From: Octopus bimaculoides
Taxonomy: Eukaryota
Direction of reading: 5' to 3'
Assembly: GCF_001194135.2 (NCBI RefSeq)
Contig: NC_068990.1
Coordinates: forward strand, 495,379 to 559,378
DNA length: 64,000 nucleotides
The notes under the pieces are model-generated. The model was given only the letters and a program-made list of their open reading frames with translations, made no database searches and had not been told where the DNA came from. Position 1 is the stretch's first letter. Each line of letters starts with the position of its first letter. The position numbers and the translations under genes are program-made. Shown here in pieces: positions 11,598 to 24,465 of the stretch.

Positions 11598-12438
11598 CAG
11601 GTGAAGGGATTAGTGGAAGGCAAGAGCGACAACAATCTCGGAGAGACTCTGGGCACTGAGAAGGCAACTATGGACAATTTCCAGAAATATCTAGCCTGGC
11701 AGTGCTACCGGGTGGCGATGCCAGTTCGTGATAAGCTCTACATGAATGGATGTGCAGTCAGACGGTCTTGTCCGAAGTGCATGCAGAGAGGGGAAACCAT
11801 TCTGCATGCACTAGTACAGTGTCTGTTCATTGCTGACTCATGGAGCTTTGTCGAACAGTTATTGTCATTTGTAGGACAAATCTGGCTATTGCCAGAGTCC
11901 GTTGAGAAGATTGCCCCGCCTCCTTCTTTTGACCGGGAAGGAAAGGCAGTTTTTCTCTGTCTGGTGGCTATGATGAAAGAGGTTGCATGGTGGATGCAAT
12001 GGAAAGGGTTGAAGATGGGCACCTTCCTCTATGGCCAAGGCCTCATTGACTTTTTCAGGTTCAACCTAAAATGGAAGGTGAGACTGGAGAGGGAGGTGCT
12101 GTCACCCAGTAAGTTTGTCGAAAGGTGGGTGAATATAGTGAGGATGGCCCATGTGAATTGACCTACTCTAAGTGTGCACCTGCAGGCTGGATGGAGTGAG
12201 GAGGAGAGAGGTGCCTACTTGAGGTGCCTTGGTGTTTAGGGGCCCAAATTGGGTGAGGTTGCTTTGGCCACCTCGTCATAGATCTCCCCCTTATTGGGGA
12301 ATTATATATTGTTAATTGTTAATTATTGTGTTTTGCTGTTTACACGTTAACCTCATTGTCCCTCATTTGTGTATCGTCCGTTCTGTTTTGTGTTCAGCCC
12401 TGGTGGCCAATAAAGAAAGAATTATTATTATTATTATT
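11598..12438 (+). mobile_element. L1/Tx1-clade LINE, 5'-truncated 3' end
   Basis: 186-codon ORF 11601-12161 with the C-terminal zinc knuckle CPKC-x8-H-x4-C (CPKCMQRGETILHALVQC); 3' UTR, AATAAA and (ATT)n tail. Confidence 0.9.
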
Positions 12439-12989
12439 CAGTTTGGTTTAAATTTGAAATCCTTTAAAGTGAGACCTGTTACATTCAGAATTTACTGTAT
12501 TTATTTTATTAACCGCAGAAGGATGCGAGTGTGTGCTGTTTCGACTCAGGTCAGCTCTGATTAAATCAGACCTATCTATAAACAAAGCACTCCATCCATG
12601 ACAATTTCATTTTCAATCAATGATTCCAGTGCTACATAATTTAATGTGGCCTTGTATGTACTTTAATTTGGTGTTGTTTGATAGGAATTAGGTTACATAC
12701 TATTCATAGTGATCGTGTATTGGTGAATGAAAGGCTCAAGTGAACATCCCAGTGGAACATGAAGGCATGTAACCAAATACCTTAGGAGATTTCAACTTCA
12801 CATTCCTGGCACCTTGCAATCTTGTTAATTAATAGAAACAGTGAGGGGGGGGGGGCTCATATAAGCAATGAAAGTGAATTTAAAAACTTAGATCGAGTAA
12901 GATTATTCATGCAATCAGTAGACAAGAATCTCTGTCTGGTGAGGATGGAAAGGGGACAGAGTAGTTCAAAAGCCTAAAAGCAATAAGTA

Positions 12990-13657
12990 AAGGATATAAT
13001 TTCAATAAAAATCAACCTTGTTTAAGTTAGTGAATGCTGCCATAACCCTTGCCTTCAGTTCATTTTTGGTGTTACAAGGAGTTTTGTTGGTCTCTCGCTC
13101 AACTGCACTCAACACATAATAATTAAGGGCATTGCAGTGTGGGGAGTTAGGTGACCAGATGTCAGGGGTGGTGTGGTCTAGGAAATTGTCTGGCAGCCAA
13201 CATTGGGTCCTCCTGCTTGTGTGGCATGGTGCAGAGTCCTGTTGCCAGACATAGAGTCTTCCAACAGCCACCCTCTAGACCCAGGGCAGCAGTACCTCCT
13301 CCAGGCACTTGATGTAGGCCTCCGTGTTGAGTCTGAGACCGTATGGGAAGATGAATGGAGGCATAACGTCGCCATTACTAGTGATCACTCCAAACACCAT
13401 GATGTTGACTGGATGTTTGATTTTTATCACCCTCAGTACATGTCCTCAGATTGACACCCAAGCACTCTGAAATGTTTGTATTGGCACTTCCAGCACGAAT
13501 GCCAAGCAGTACAGCATGTCGTTTCCAAATTTCTGGCGGACTGACTTGCATCATGGTGCTGTTTTACTCACAGATGGTGCCCAACTAAGCCTACAATACT
13601 AATTGAATGTGCAAAATTAAAAATATAAAACGGCGACAATTTACCCATCGCACCCTG
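12990..13657 (-). mobile_element. Tc1/mariner DD37D (maT-type) transposon, internally deleted
   Basis: VMVFGVITSNGD..., WQQDSAPCHT...WSPNSPHCNALNY with 37 residues between the second D and the third catalytic position (mutated to N); TIR CAGGGTGCGATGGGTAAATTGTCGCC flanked by TA. Confidence 0.9.
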
Positions 13658-13665
13658 TATGTTTT

Positions 13666-13749
<84 letters not shown>

Positions 13750-14439
13750 GTGTGTGTGTAGGAAATGTAGTTATACTGGTTCTGAATTAGACCAAAGGAG
13801 AAAATACTTAGTGGATAGTGGAGCATTCTGCAAAGTAAGTACAAATACAGGAAGGTCTCATTGCATGTGATAAAGTAAGTAGAAAAAAGTCTTCTTTCAA
13901 CTAAGATCATCTGAGCAATTGGTAAACAAAGACTTCCTCTCAGTGGGATTTAAACAAAGGAGAATTGAAATTTTTGGAAAATATAAGAAATGCAATATAG
14001 GAATGGATCTAGTGAGATCTTTGATGCCCATTTTTCAGCGCTAGCATTAGTAAAACAAGAATTAATATTGCCCCTGGATAACCCAAGCTTTGCAGGTGTA
14101 TTTGGTAGACTGAAACTGAAAGAAGTGCATTGCGTGTATGCATGTACCCATGTCTTGACATTACATGGTGGTTGTAGAAGAGCAAGCAGCACTGTCACAT
14201 AAGTGATGTTCAATTCTAGTCTTGCATGGAAATGGTACCTAGAAGAGCATCCAGCTATGGAAAATATACCTAAACAAATTCTGTCTGACCCATATAAGCA
14301 TGGAAAAGTAAAATTAAATGATGATAATTGTTATATTTATTCTGTATGTATATATATATATATATAAATAATATATAAATATATGCATATATATACACAC
14401 ATATATGTACATACTTACATATATGTATATATACATGCA

Positions 14440-14600
14440 TATATGGGTACAGGACATAAAAAAAAACTTAGACAAAATGAGAAACAAGAACATAAAAAAC
14501 AAAAACATAGAAAACAAACTATTTTTTCAAACAACGAAAGAAACAAACAGAAATGAGACAGGCAACATAACGAACATTCCCTTCATCAGTTGTCCACTCC
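14440..14600 (-). mobile_element. Penelope-like 3' end fragment
   Basis: Minus strand GGACAACTGATGAAGGGAATGTTCGTTATGTTGCC...ATGTCCTGTACCCATATATGCA; homologous to 31270-31446 and 46480-46625. Confidence 0.6.
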
Positions 14601-15514
14601 ACACACACACTCGTCCTGGGTAAGATTAAATTGCAGAAGTAGTGAGGCCCTGACTCAGGAGTTGCAGGGTATTGAGGTGGGTGGAGCTATCTCTTAGCCA
14701 CAATTATTCCTGGGTCTGATCTGGCCTGGAATAGTAGCACTTGTCAGTTATGGGTTAATTAGCACGTTAAGGAAGAAGCTCCAAGCTCAAACCTTCATTG
14801 CATTGAGAGTGCGATGAGAAAGGAAAAACCTAAGCGAGTCAACCTCGATAGTAAATCAAGCAAAGGAGTCCTTTGAGTGGTCCTGTGCCCGTTCTGATAC
14901 CGTTCTACCAACTCCAGGGTAGATGGAGCTCTCCAACCCTGTAAGGTAATTCACCTAGAAGGCCACTCCAATAAACAGATTGCTTGTCACTGCAGCCATT
15001 GAGCCACTGTGATCAATCCAGCCTCCAAATCTAAAGAGCAGAACTAGATTCCAGAGACTGATTCTCACTTTAAAACTAAGGACAGGGAAGAAAACAAAAA
15101 CTCTGCAGAGTGTGAGGGATCAGTTTACATAGGCCACTTAAGGGTGCGTCACTCTTCTGCATGATCTACAGACACAAGACACCGCCATCATAAACACATA
15201 CAGAAAGACAAAGAGAAAGTGAGAGAGAAGGGAAACTGTAGTGAAGCTGATTAAAAATATGGTTGGGGAAAATACCTCAAGGGAGCATTCTGCATACTAA
15301 ATATAAATACAGTGAAGTCCTATTGTATAAGTGTTTAGTATTTCAATTAAATTTTGTAATTGACATAAGAGTACACTAGAGCCTCATCACCATATTTCAT
15401 GACTGTAAGCAATTCTATGTTTATGCATACACGTGTATGAATGAGTACTTATGTATATGTATAAGAGCAGTATGTGTGTGTATGTATATATGCACACACA
15501 CACACACACACATA

Positions 15515-15714
15515 CAAGGGGGTGGTAAAAAGTTCCTGCCTTTGAGTAAAAGAAAATACAGGAGGATCAGCTATCATTTTATTCAAGATATTCCCCTTTC
15601 AGATTCACATACTTATTGCAGTGGTCCTTCAGTTTTTCTAAACCCTGTAAAAGAACACAGAAACCAGGCCTTTTGTGATACCCTTAAAGCCAGGAATTTT
15701 TCAACAAACCCTCA
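15515..15714. mobile_element. Mariner-like MITE (~200-220 bp), copy 1
   Basis: TIRs CAAGGGGGGTGGTAAAAAGTTCCTG / CAGGAATTTTTCAACAAACCCTCA, flanked by TA; homologous to 48404-48621 and 56866-57085. Confidence 0.85.
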
Positions 15715-15741
15715 TATATATNNNNNNNNNNNNNNNNNNNN

Positions 15742-15793
<52 letters not shown>

Positions 15794-15797
15794 CACA

Positions 15798-16019
15798 CAA
15801 GGAGGTGCAAAAGTAGGTGTACTGTACGTATCACATCAATGTTATAATACTTAATTCATTAAAATCATTAGCACATTAAATTAATTAGCCACATTTTTGA
15901 TATTTTCAGTGTCATTAATCATAACACTTTTATTGTAACTTTTAACTTTTTTGATGAAAATGAGGATTATATGTGCTTTCTTTTTCCCATAATTGTATAC
16001 CTACTTTTGCACCACCCTG
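15798..16019. mobile_element. Tc1/mariner-type MITE (222 bp)
   Basis: TIRs CAAGGAGGTGCAAAAGTAGGTGTAC / GTATACCTACTTTTGCACCACCCTG followed by TA. Confidence 0.85.
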
Positions 16020-16084
16020 TATATCAGCATATACGTATATCAGTACATGTATATATGTACATACATATATATATACACATATAT

Positions 16085-16459
16085 TATGTGGTACCCCATC
16101 GGTTACAATGATGAGGCTTCCAGTTGATCCAATCAATGGAACAGCCTGCTTGTGAAATTAACGTGTAAGTGGCTGAGTACTCCACAGATACGTGTACCCT
16201 TAACATAGTTCTTGGGGTGACACAGTGTGTGACAAAGCTGGCCCTTTGAAATACAGGTACAACAGAAACAGGAAGAAGGAGTGGGGGAAAGTTGTGGTGG
16301 AAGAGTACAGTAGGATTTGCCACCATTCCCTGCCGAGGCCTCATGGAGCTTTAGGTATTTTCTCTCAATAAACACTCACAACACCTGGTCTGGGAATTGA
16401 AACTGCGATCCCAAGACCGCGAGTCCACTGCCCTAATCACCGGGGCGTTGCGCCTCCAC
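16085..16459 (-). mobile_element. tRNA-headed SINE (family E)
   Basis: Minus strand GTGGAGGCGCAACGCCCCGGTGATTAGGGCAGTGGACTCGCGGTC...GTTTCAATTCCC (A- and B-box-like). Confidence 0.7.
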
Positions 16460-18096
16460 ACACGTATATATGTACATGCATATAGACATATATATATAAG
16501 TATATATGTACTTGTGTGTGTGTGTGTGTGTGTGTCTGTGTGTGTGTGTGTGTGAATGCATGAGTATATAATATATACATAACTATAAGAGTTCAGACAT
16601 ATCATTTATAAACAGAGCTGCTGGTTTCATACAGACACCCAGGGTCTACTCCCCCAGTGTCACTAGCCTTAGTTGCTAATGACAGCCATATGAGGAAAGG
16701 TAGTACCTATTTGAACCACCAGTTTGGGCAGGACAGGTGCTACCCTTCAGTTTTGTACTTATTTCATATAAAATAATGCAGTCAAGAGGAAAACCAAAAG
16801 CCAATAATTGATCATATGCTTGGACTAGTACCGAACTGGATATTTAGTATCACATGATCAACCAGACTATTGAATGCTGTTATGCATTGTTAGTTACAAT
16901 GCACTTTGCATCTGTTTAGCTTTCGAAAGATGCCACCCCACTGGTTAGGCAAGCAAGCCAGCCAATATTCCTCCTGATCGGAAGGCTATTCCTTCACAGG
17001 GTTACCCATTTACAACTGAGCAGACTGGAGCAACAGGAAATGATGTCCAGTATGCATTTTTGCACCAAAAGCACATTTTAGAGTTTCTCTCGTGGTATTT
17101 ACCACAGTAAACTTTGTTCTAACAGAACATCCACGTTTAAGTAGGAATAAATATAACCTAATATTAATTCTTGGTATTAATGCTGCCTCTGTTACTAATA
17201 TATATGAAATGAAGTGTTTTACTCAAGAACACAATATGCAGCCAGTCTGGGAACTGAGATTCACTATTTCACAATCACAAGAGCAACACACTGAACCACA
17301 TATCATTGGTTAATTTTATATATGTAATATAATATTGATTGATTAATTTTATAGTGATATTTAAACAAAATTTTAATAATCTTATATTTCATATTTTACC
17401 TGCAGATGAATGAGCATTTCCTTACTCATGGGAATTACCTTTTCCTACTCTGGTTGTCTTCCAAGAGTATTTCAATACTCAGATGCAACCCATTCATTGC
17501 GTTTTCAGACTCTCTTCAGGGTGGATAAAAATTAGTGAGCCCTGTGTTCTCTTCTGACCTGATTTACTGTCAGGATGAGCTTCTGCTGTTTCACAGGCAA
17601 CCACTGGTAGGGCGGGTTTATGCTCAGAGTTATCTTTTCCTACTTGGGTTGCCTTCCAAGACTGCTGAGCCCAGATTGACCAGATGTACCACTGATGTGG
17701 CTGTGGACAAAAAAGTGCCCTTTCTTAGAGAGATGCCTTAACAAAAGCTAAACTCTGCTTCATTCTCAGTGGTCTTACTGCACACAGGATACTAATCCAG
17801 AATTTCTACGTCCCTGTTATATTGCAACATAGCTACTGACCTTGTGTTGGGGTCATCTGTCATTTTGACATCATTTTAGCTTTCATTAGTTATTTTGACA
17901 AGTATTGTTTTTGTCCTGCTGGGATTCTGCTGGGATTCTCTTTATAAGGCAGTAAGTTGTGCCAGACTACATGTTATCAGCAACACTCATGAACAACCCA
18001 ACATAATTTTACTTGTGCTTACCTGTAATTTGAGTATTTTTCAGGAAAAAATTCTTTAATGGATTTCTTATCTAAGAAGCTTTATTATCAAGTATG

Positions 18097-18196
18097 TGTA
18101 ACACCACATGTAACACCACATGTAACACCACATGTAACACCACATGTAACACCACATGTAACACCACATGTAACACCACATGTAACACCACATGTA
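18097..18196. repeat. 12-bp minisatellite (TGTAACACCACA) x8.3
   Basis: Eight perfect copies plus TGTA. Confidence 0.98.
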
Positions 18197-18972
18197 CCCA
18201 TCTCTTCAGCAAGACACTTGCTCCTTGTCCTTGTATCATACTTTCTTATATCCCTCAATACTGTACCCTACTCTGTCAAGGGATCTTGTCTTGCAGGTAC
18301 CTTAGTGATGCTACCAGTGCTAGTGCCATGAAAAAAAAGGTACCAGTACACTCCGTGAAGTGGTTGATATTAGGAAGTGTGTCAAATGGTAGAAACTATG
18401 CCAAAGTAGACACCGGAGCTCAGTGCAGTTCTCTGATTCTTCAGTTCCTGTCAAACCATCCAACCCATGCCAGCATGGAAAAAGGGATGTTAAATAATGA
18501 TGATAATGATAAGATATAGTTGTTTCATGAAACCACTCTAAATTTATGACATTAGACTTGAATGAAAATATATCGGAAGTATATTTTAATTAGAAACTTA
18601 GTTAATAAAGAGAAGTAGTAAGATTTCATGATTCAAATACATGGAACTATAAAATGACCAAATAATAAGAATTATAGATATTAAACACTGAGTAGGGAGA
18701 AGGTATTTTTATTGGGGAAAATGGAGGAGGGGGATTTTTCAAGAAAATGAATGGACTGCCAACATTGAGCTTCATTTTATAAGCCATCAGATATGGTGGG
18801 TAATTTTCTATAAGCTTGCGAAACAATTCTACTAAAGTGAAAATAATAATTTGAATCTGTAGGTGGATAAAAGATACTCTCTTCCCAAAAAAGTAGAAGA
18901 ATGAGTGAAAAGAGAGGGGAGAGAGACAGAGAAGTGCAAAACATAACTAGAGAGAAAGACAAAGGAGAGAGA

Positions 18973-19020
<48 letters not shown>

Positions 19021-19071
19021 CAGATGATAGACTGTATCTCATGATCAAATGAAAAGAGCAGATGACACACA

Positions 19072-19228
19072 ACCAAATGGAAAACGACTTCATGCCACAT
19101 GACCAAATGGAAAACGACTTCATGCCACATGACCAAATGGAAAACGACTTCATGCCACATGACCAAATGGAAAACGACTTCATGCCACACAACCAAATGG
19201 AAAACGACTTCATGCCACATGACCAATA
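19072..19228. repeat. 30-bp minisatellite (ACCAAATGGAAAACGACTTCATGCCACATG) x5.2
   Basis: Five copies; a CACAC-AA variant junction precedes the array and ends the fourth copy. Confidence 0.98.
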
Positions 19229-19721
19229 GTCCAGAGAGAGAAAGAGATGGGGCGAAAAAAAAAAAGAAGAATGTTATATTGTTTCTGCATCTATGTTACA
19301 TCCTCATCCAGATGTTAGTACAAATGAAGAAGAGAGTTACATTATGAATCACTTTGACATAATCTGACTGGTCGCTCTTCAGATGAAACTGATTAACTTT
19401 GCAGCAGACCTTGAACCTTACATAAACACATATGTACTCACATCATACACACACACACACACTGTATACACACATGCACATAAATATATATATACATACA
19501 TATATATATACATACATATATATATATACATACATTCACATACATATATATGCATATTCACATACACAAATATGTACACACATACATGCTCACTCACACA
19601 TATATGCATACAATTGCACATATATACACAATAACACAGATAATGACAAATGCACAATATAGAAAAAAAAAACTTAAACTCTTGGAAAAGAAAGAGAAAA
19701 TTGTTGATCCATCCTTAGACA

Positions 19722-19782
<61 letters not shown>

Positions 19783-20754
19783 ACTACTATTACAGTTAGG
19801 GAACAAAAATTCTTGTATGTGAGAGAGAGAGGGAGGGAGGGGGAAGAGAGACTGAAAGATGGGGTGAGGAGAGAAAGTGTATATTTGTTAATCAGAGAGG
19901 GAGGGGGATGGAGAGAGGGAGGGGAGGNNNNNNNNNNNNNNNNNNNNNNNNNNNNNNNNNNNNNNNNNNNNNNNNNNNNNNNNNNNNNNNNNNNNNNNNN
20001 NNNNNNNNNNNNNNNNNNNNNNNNNNNNNNNNNNNNNNNNNNNNNNNNNNNNNNNNNNNNNNNNNNNNNNNNNNNNNNNNNNNNNNNNNNNNNNNNNNNN
20101 NNNNNNNNNNNNNNNNNNNNNNNNNNNNNNNNNNNNNNNNNNNNNNNNNNNNNNNNNNNNNNNNNNNNNNNNNNNNNNNNNNNNNNNNNNNNNNNNNNNN
20201 NNNNNNNNNNNNNNNNNNNNNNNNNNNNNNNNNNNNNNNNNNNNNNNNNNNNNNNNNNNNNNNNNNNNNNNNNNNNNNNNNNNNNNNNNNNNNNNNNNNN
20301 NNNNNNNNNNNNNNNNNNNNNNNNNNNNNNNNNNNNNNNNNNNNNNNNNNNNNNNNNNNNNNNNNNNNNNNNNNNNNNNNNNNNNNNNNNNNNNNNNNNN
20401 NNNNNNNNNNNNNNNNNNNNNNNNNNNNNNNNNNNNNNNNNNNNNNNNNNNNNNNNNNNNNNNNNNNNNNNNNNNNNNNNNNNNNNNNNNNNNNNNNNNN
20501 NNNNNNNNNNNNNNNNNNNNNNNNNNNNNNNNNNNNNNNNNNNNNNNNNNNNNNNNNNNNNNNNNNNNNNNNNNNNNNNNNNNNNNNNNNNNNNNNNNNN
20601 NNNNNNNNNNNNNNNNNNNNNNNNNNNNNNNNNNNNNNNNNNNNNNNNNNCTAGAAATAACAAAAGGCAAGATTTAAGTGTCTTCTACTAGAGCCTTGGG
20701 TAAACCAAAGCCTTCTGAGTGGATTTGGTAGATGGAAACTGAAAAAAGCCCATC

Positions 20755-20804
<50 letters not shown>

Positions 20805-23545
20805 GTATTTGTCCCCCCCCACACACACACATCACTTGACAACCAATGTTGGCATGTTTACATCCTCAATTTAGCAGTTCAGCAAAAGAGACCGATAGAA
20901 TAAGTACAAAGAACAGTCCTGGGGTTGATTTGTTTAACTAAAGGCAGTGCTCGAGCATGGCCGCAGTCAAATGACTGAAACAAGTAAAAGAATAAAATAT
21001 ATACATATATATATGTTATAATTAAGGTTTAGATTTAAATTTAAACTGTGTTTTGGGCATGTCCCTAGCAGTATGCTGGGGATACAACGGAACTCCTTGT
21101 ACAGCTTCCCATGAGAGAACAATGCAGGATGTATCAAAACAACCATCATGATAAATGAAGTTTCCAGTATATTCTATTTCCTGTATCAATTGTTTCTTAT
21201 ATATATATACATACATATATATATACATACATACATACATATATATANNNNNNNNNNNNNNNNNNNNNNNNNNNNNNNNNNNNNNNNNNNNNNNNNNNNN
21301 NNNNNNNNNNNNNNNNNNNNNNNNNNNNNNNNNNNNNNNNNNNNNNNAGAAAGGACAACAAAAGAAAGAGACCTTGATATTATGTAAATAGAGGAATCTA
21401 TCTGTAAAAATATTTGACACTTATTCTGTAGCCATGATAAAACACCGAGTTTTGGATGGTTTCAGATGAAACTTCCAGGGATGTTTGACCTCGTGATTGG
21501 CATGAACTGATTAGATTTTGGGATCGATCCAGCACTGGACTAGGGTTCTGGATTATTTGATATATTTACTTTACATGAAATATTATGAGATATTCTCATT
21601 TTAAAAACCATCTCTGGCTAATCATTGAGAGGATGTTGGTGTTGCCTTGGCAGAGGTTTGCTCTCTGAGTGCTCTTGTTTATTCCATTTTTGTGTTGTAC
21701 TTCCTGCAAATCTTTACTTCAAAACTTTCCATATCATCTGAAAGATTTTTCTGGGGAGGGGAATTTAAATTTACTCTTAGTTTTAAATTCTATTGAGACC
21801 ATTTGATGTAAGTGCTGAAAAACAGACTGAACCAAAGAGTGGCTGACTTTGCTCTTTGAGTGCATGTTTTGCAATTTAGGAACATTAGCAAAGACTTTGG
21901 TTTTACATGCACCCCCAACCCCTTACAAAACATTGCATTGCAGAATTCTTGCTGTAATGTTGAATTCCAAGACCTATCTTTCATTAACTTTCATGTTAAA
22001 TGGAGTTCAGTGGGAAACACAATTCATGGAATGGAATCTCGTGTTAAGGTAAAATTTTCTGGAATGCAGTGTTTCCATTGCATGATGGCTGTCTGCACTG
22101 CATTGCATCTATTTCATTTTCCAGATCCCTTGCATAAATGATTGTTTTTGTACAGTACTTTGAAGAACACCATTCATGAATTTTTTCCCATGTTTGATGA
22201 TAATATTTTGTTGATATTGTATTGAGTAAATTATTTTGCCAACTTAATAATTTCCTTTGAATATTATTGATGTTACTACATCTTTTTGGCTAGCTGTTAG
22301 AATCTTGCTATAAAACCCAAATATAATAACATCATTGATATTTCAGTCATTTTGTACAGCAAAGGCATTTTCTAATGCTCTGAAAGATTCTCTTTCTCTC
22401 TTGCTCTGTTTTAAGAGTATCAACATAATAGCTTCTAATTATAATTATCAGATATTGTTATTCTTTCAAACTGTTTCATTAATTTATGTAGGAGAAACTG
22501 GAATATTATTGTTCTGCAGAGAGACTTATTCTTTCACTACTTTGAATCATTGGCATGTTGGTACAGCACTGACTTCACCAGTTTAAGTCTTGATCTGAAG
22601 ACTTTTTACTTTAGAGAACCTTTGAAACCTATTTTGTCTTGTGAATCTCAACATAAATATATATGTGTATATCAGCATCATCACCATTTAACATCTGCTT
22701 TCCATGCTGGCATGGGTTGGATGGTTTGCGGGGAGCTGGCCAGCTGAAGAGCTGCCCCAGATCCATATGTTTTGACATGGTTTCTATGTCTGGATGCACT
22801 TCTTTAAACCTACCAGTTTACAGGGTGTACTGGATGCTTTTATGCAGCAGCAGCATGGATGCTTTGCGCTCACAAGCACATGAGATTAGGATTGCTCAAG
22901 TAAATCATAAAACTAGCTTTGAAAGATTTATCAGTGCTAAATCCATCTGAAACCATAAAAATTTAAATGTCAACTGAAGTGAGATTTTGCTTTGAGCAAA
23001 TACCCCTACAATTCCCTATAAAGGGGTAATTTTTTTCCACAAAGTCCCCTCTTGCCTTAGAAGTTTCTGTCTACCAAGTCCTCTCACAAGACATTGGTTG
23101 CTCTTGACTATAATAACCAACATTTCTCCAAGGTACTATGCATGGGACCAAACTGGAAAACCACATAGTTGCAAACTAGACTTCTGAAACACATTGCCAT
23201 ATATATGTAAGTGCTGTCGTGGATGTGTGTTAAGAAGCTTGCTGCCCAACCACATGGTTCTAGGTTTAGTCCCACTGCATGGTATCTTGGGCAAGTGTCT
23301 TCTACTATAGCTTCATGAGTGGATTTGGTAGACAGAAAGTGAAGCCCATTGTGTGTGTGTGTCTTTCCTTTCCCGAGCGTCTAATAACACTATCCGTATC
23401 ACGTCCTCACTTTGTTGTTTTTTTGTTATTGTTTTTTGTCTTTTTTTGAACTTATATATATATATATNNNNNNNNNNNNNNNNNNNNNNNNNNNNNNNNN
23501 NNNNNNNNNNNNNNNNNNNNNNNNNNNNNTATATATATAGTAAAA

Positions 23546-23990
23546 GGCAGACTGTATGACGCATGTCTCCGAACAACCATGCTACATGGCAGTGAAACAT
23601 GGGCCGTGACTGCTGAGGTCATGCGTAAGCTCGCAAGGAATGAAGCCAGTATGCTATGATGGATATGCATTGTCAGTGTGCATACTCGACAGAGTGTAAG
23701 TACCTTGAGAGAAAAGTTGGACATGAGAAGCATCAGGTGTGGTGTGCAAGAGAGACGACTGCACTGGTATGGTCATGAGTTGCATATGGATGAGGACAGC
23801 TGTGTGGAAGAGTTACACCCTAGCAGAAGAGGGAACCTGTGGAAGAGGTAGACCCAGGAAGACCTGGGATGAGGTGGTGAAGCATGACCTTCAAACGGGC
23901 CTCACCAAGGCGATGACAAGTGACCGAGACCTTTGGAAATATGCTGTGCATGAGAAGACCTAGCAAGCCAAGTGAGACCATAACCGTGGC
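23546..23990 (+). mobile_element. RTE-clade LINE ORF C-terminal fragment
   Basis: LYDACLRTTMLHGSETWAVT...RRLHWYGH...CGRGRPRKTWDEVVKHDL...DRDLWKYAV across frameshifts. Confidence 0.9.
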
Positions 23991-24059
23991 CTATGCCAGT
24001 GCAACATAACCAGCCCATTTGCGCATGTGCATTGTTTGTTTTTGATTTTGTCAACTACA

Positions 24060-24465
24060 TAGTATCTCACTGTCTGTGAGAAAAACAATACCTTGATGCA
24101 ATTCACTCTGCCAGAAATTTGGCAACAACATTATTGTACTGCTTGGCATTCATGCTAGAAGCTCCAATATAAACATTTCAGAGTGCTCGGGTGTCAATCT
24201 GAGGACAGTGCAGAGGATTCAGAAAGAGTTGGTTGAGCCTAATGGTGATTATGAAGGTATGGCAGCTCAGAAAACTCTTCTGATACGAAAAAAAACCACT
24301 GAATTTGTTGGTGAGATCCAACAAATTATATGTGATGTAATGGTGTTACAAAATTTGACTTGTGCATTATGTCCTTAATATTGTATCAAACTTTCATGCA
24401 TTTATTAGTAAAGTTAAGGAAGTTGTTAAAATTTGAAAGCCATCAGTAACTTTTGGGACACCCTG
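24060..24465 (+). mobile_element. maT-type Tc1/mariner deletion derivative (transposase N-terminus plus 3' TIR)
   Basis: GTACTGCTTGGCATTC.TGCT.GAAG...AACATTTCAGAGTGCT.GGGTGTCAATCTGAGGACA is shared with the 12990-13657 element; ends ACTTTTGGGACACCCTG|TA. Confidence 0.8.

Noticed and set aside
13762-13834. Aspartic-protease-like YLVDSGA motif with a GTAAGT donor
   Set aside because: Only a 7-residue match; the acceptor lacks a pyrimidine tract; no other LTR-element domains nearby.
18023-18071. Minus-strand micro-exon (DKKSIKEFFPEKYSNY) with a CAG|GTAAG donor
   Set aside because: 49 bp, weak acceptor, and no compatible neighbouring exon found.
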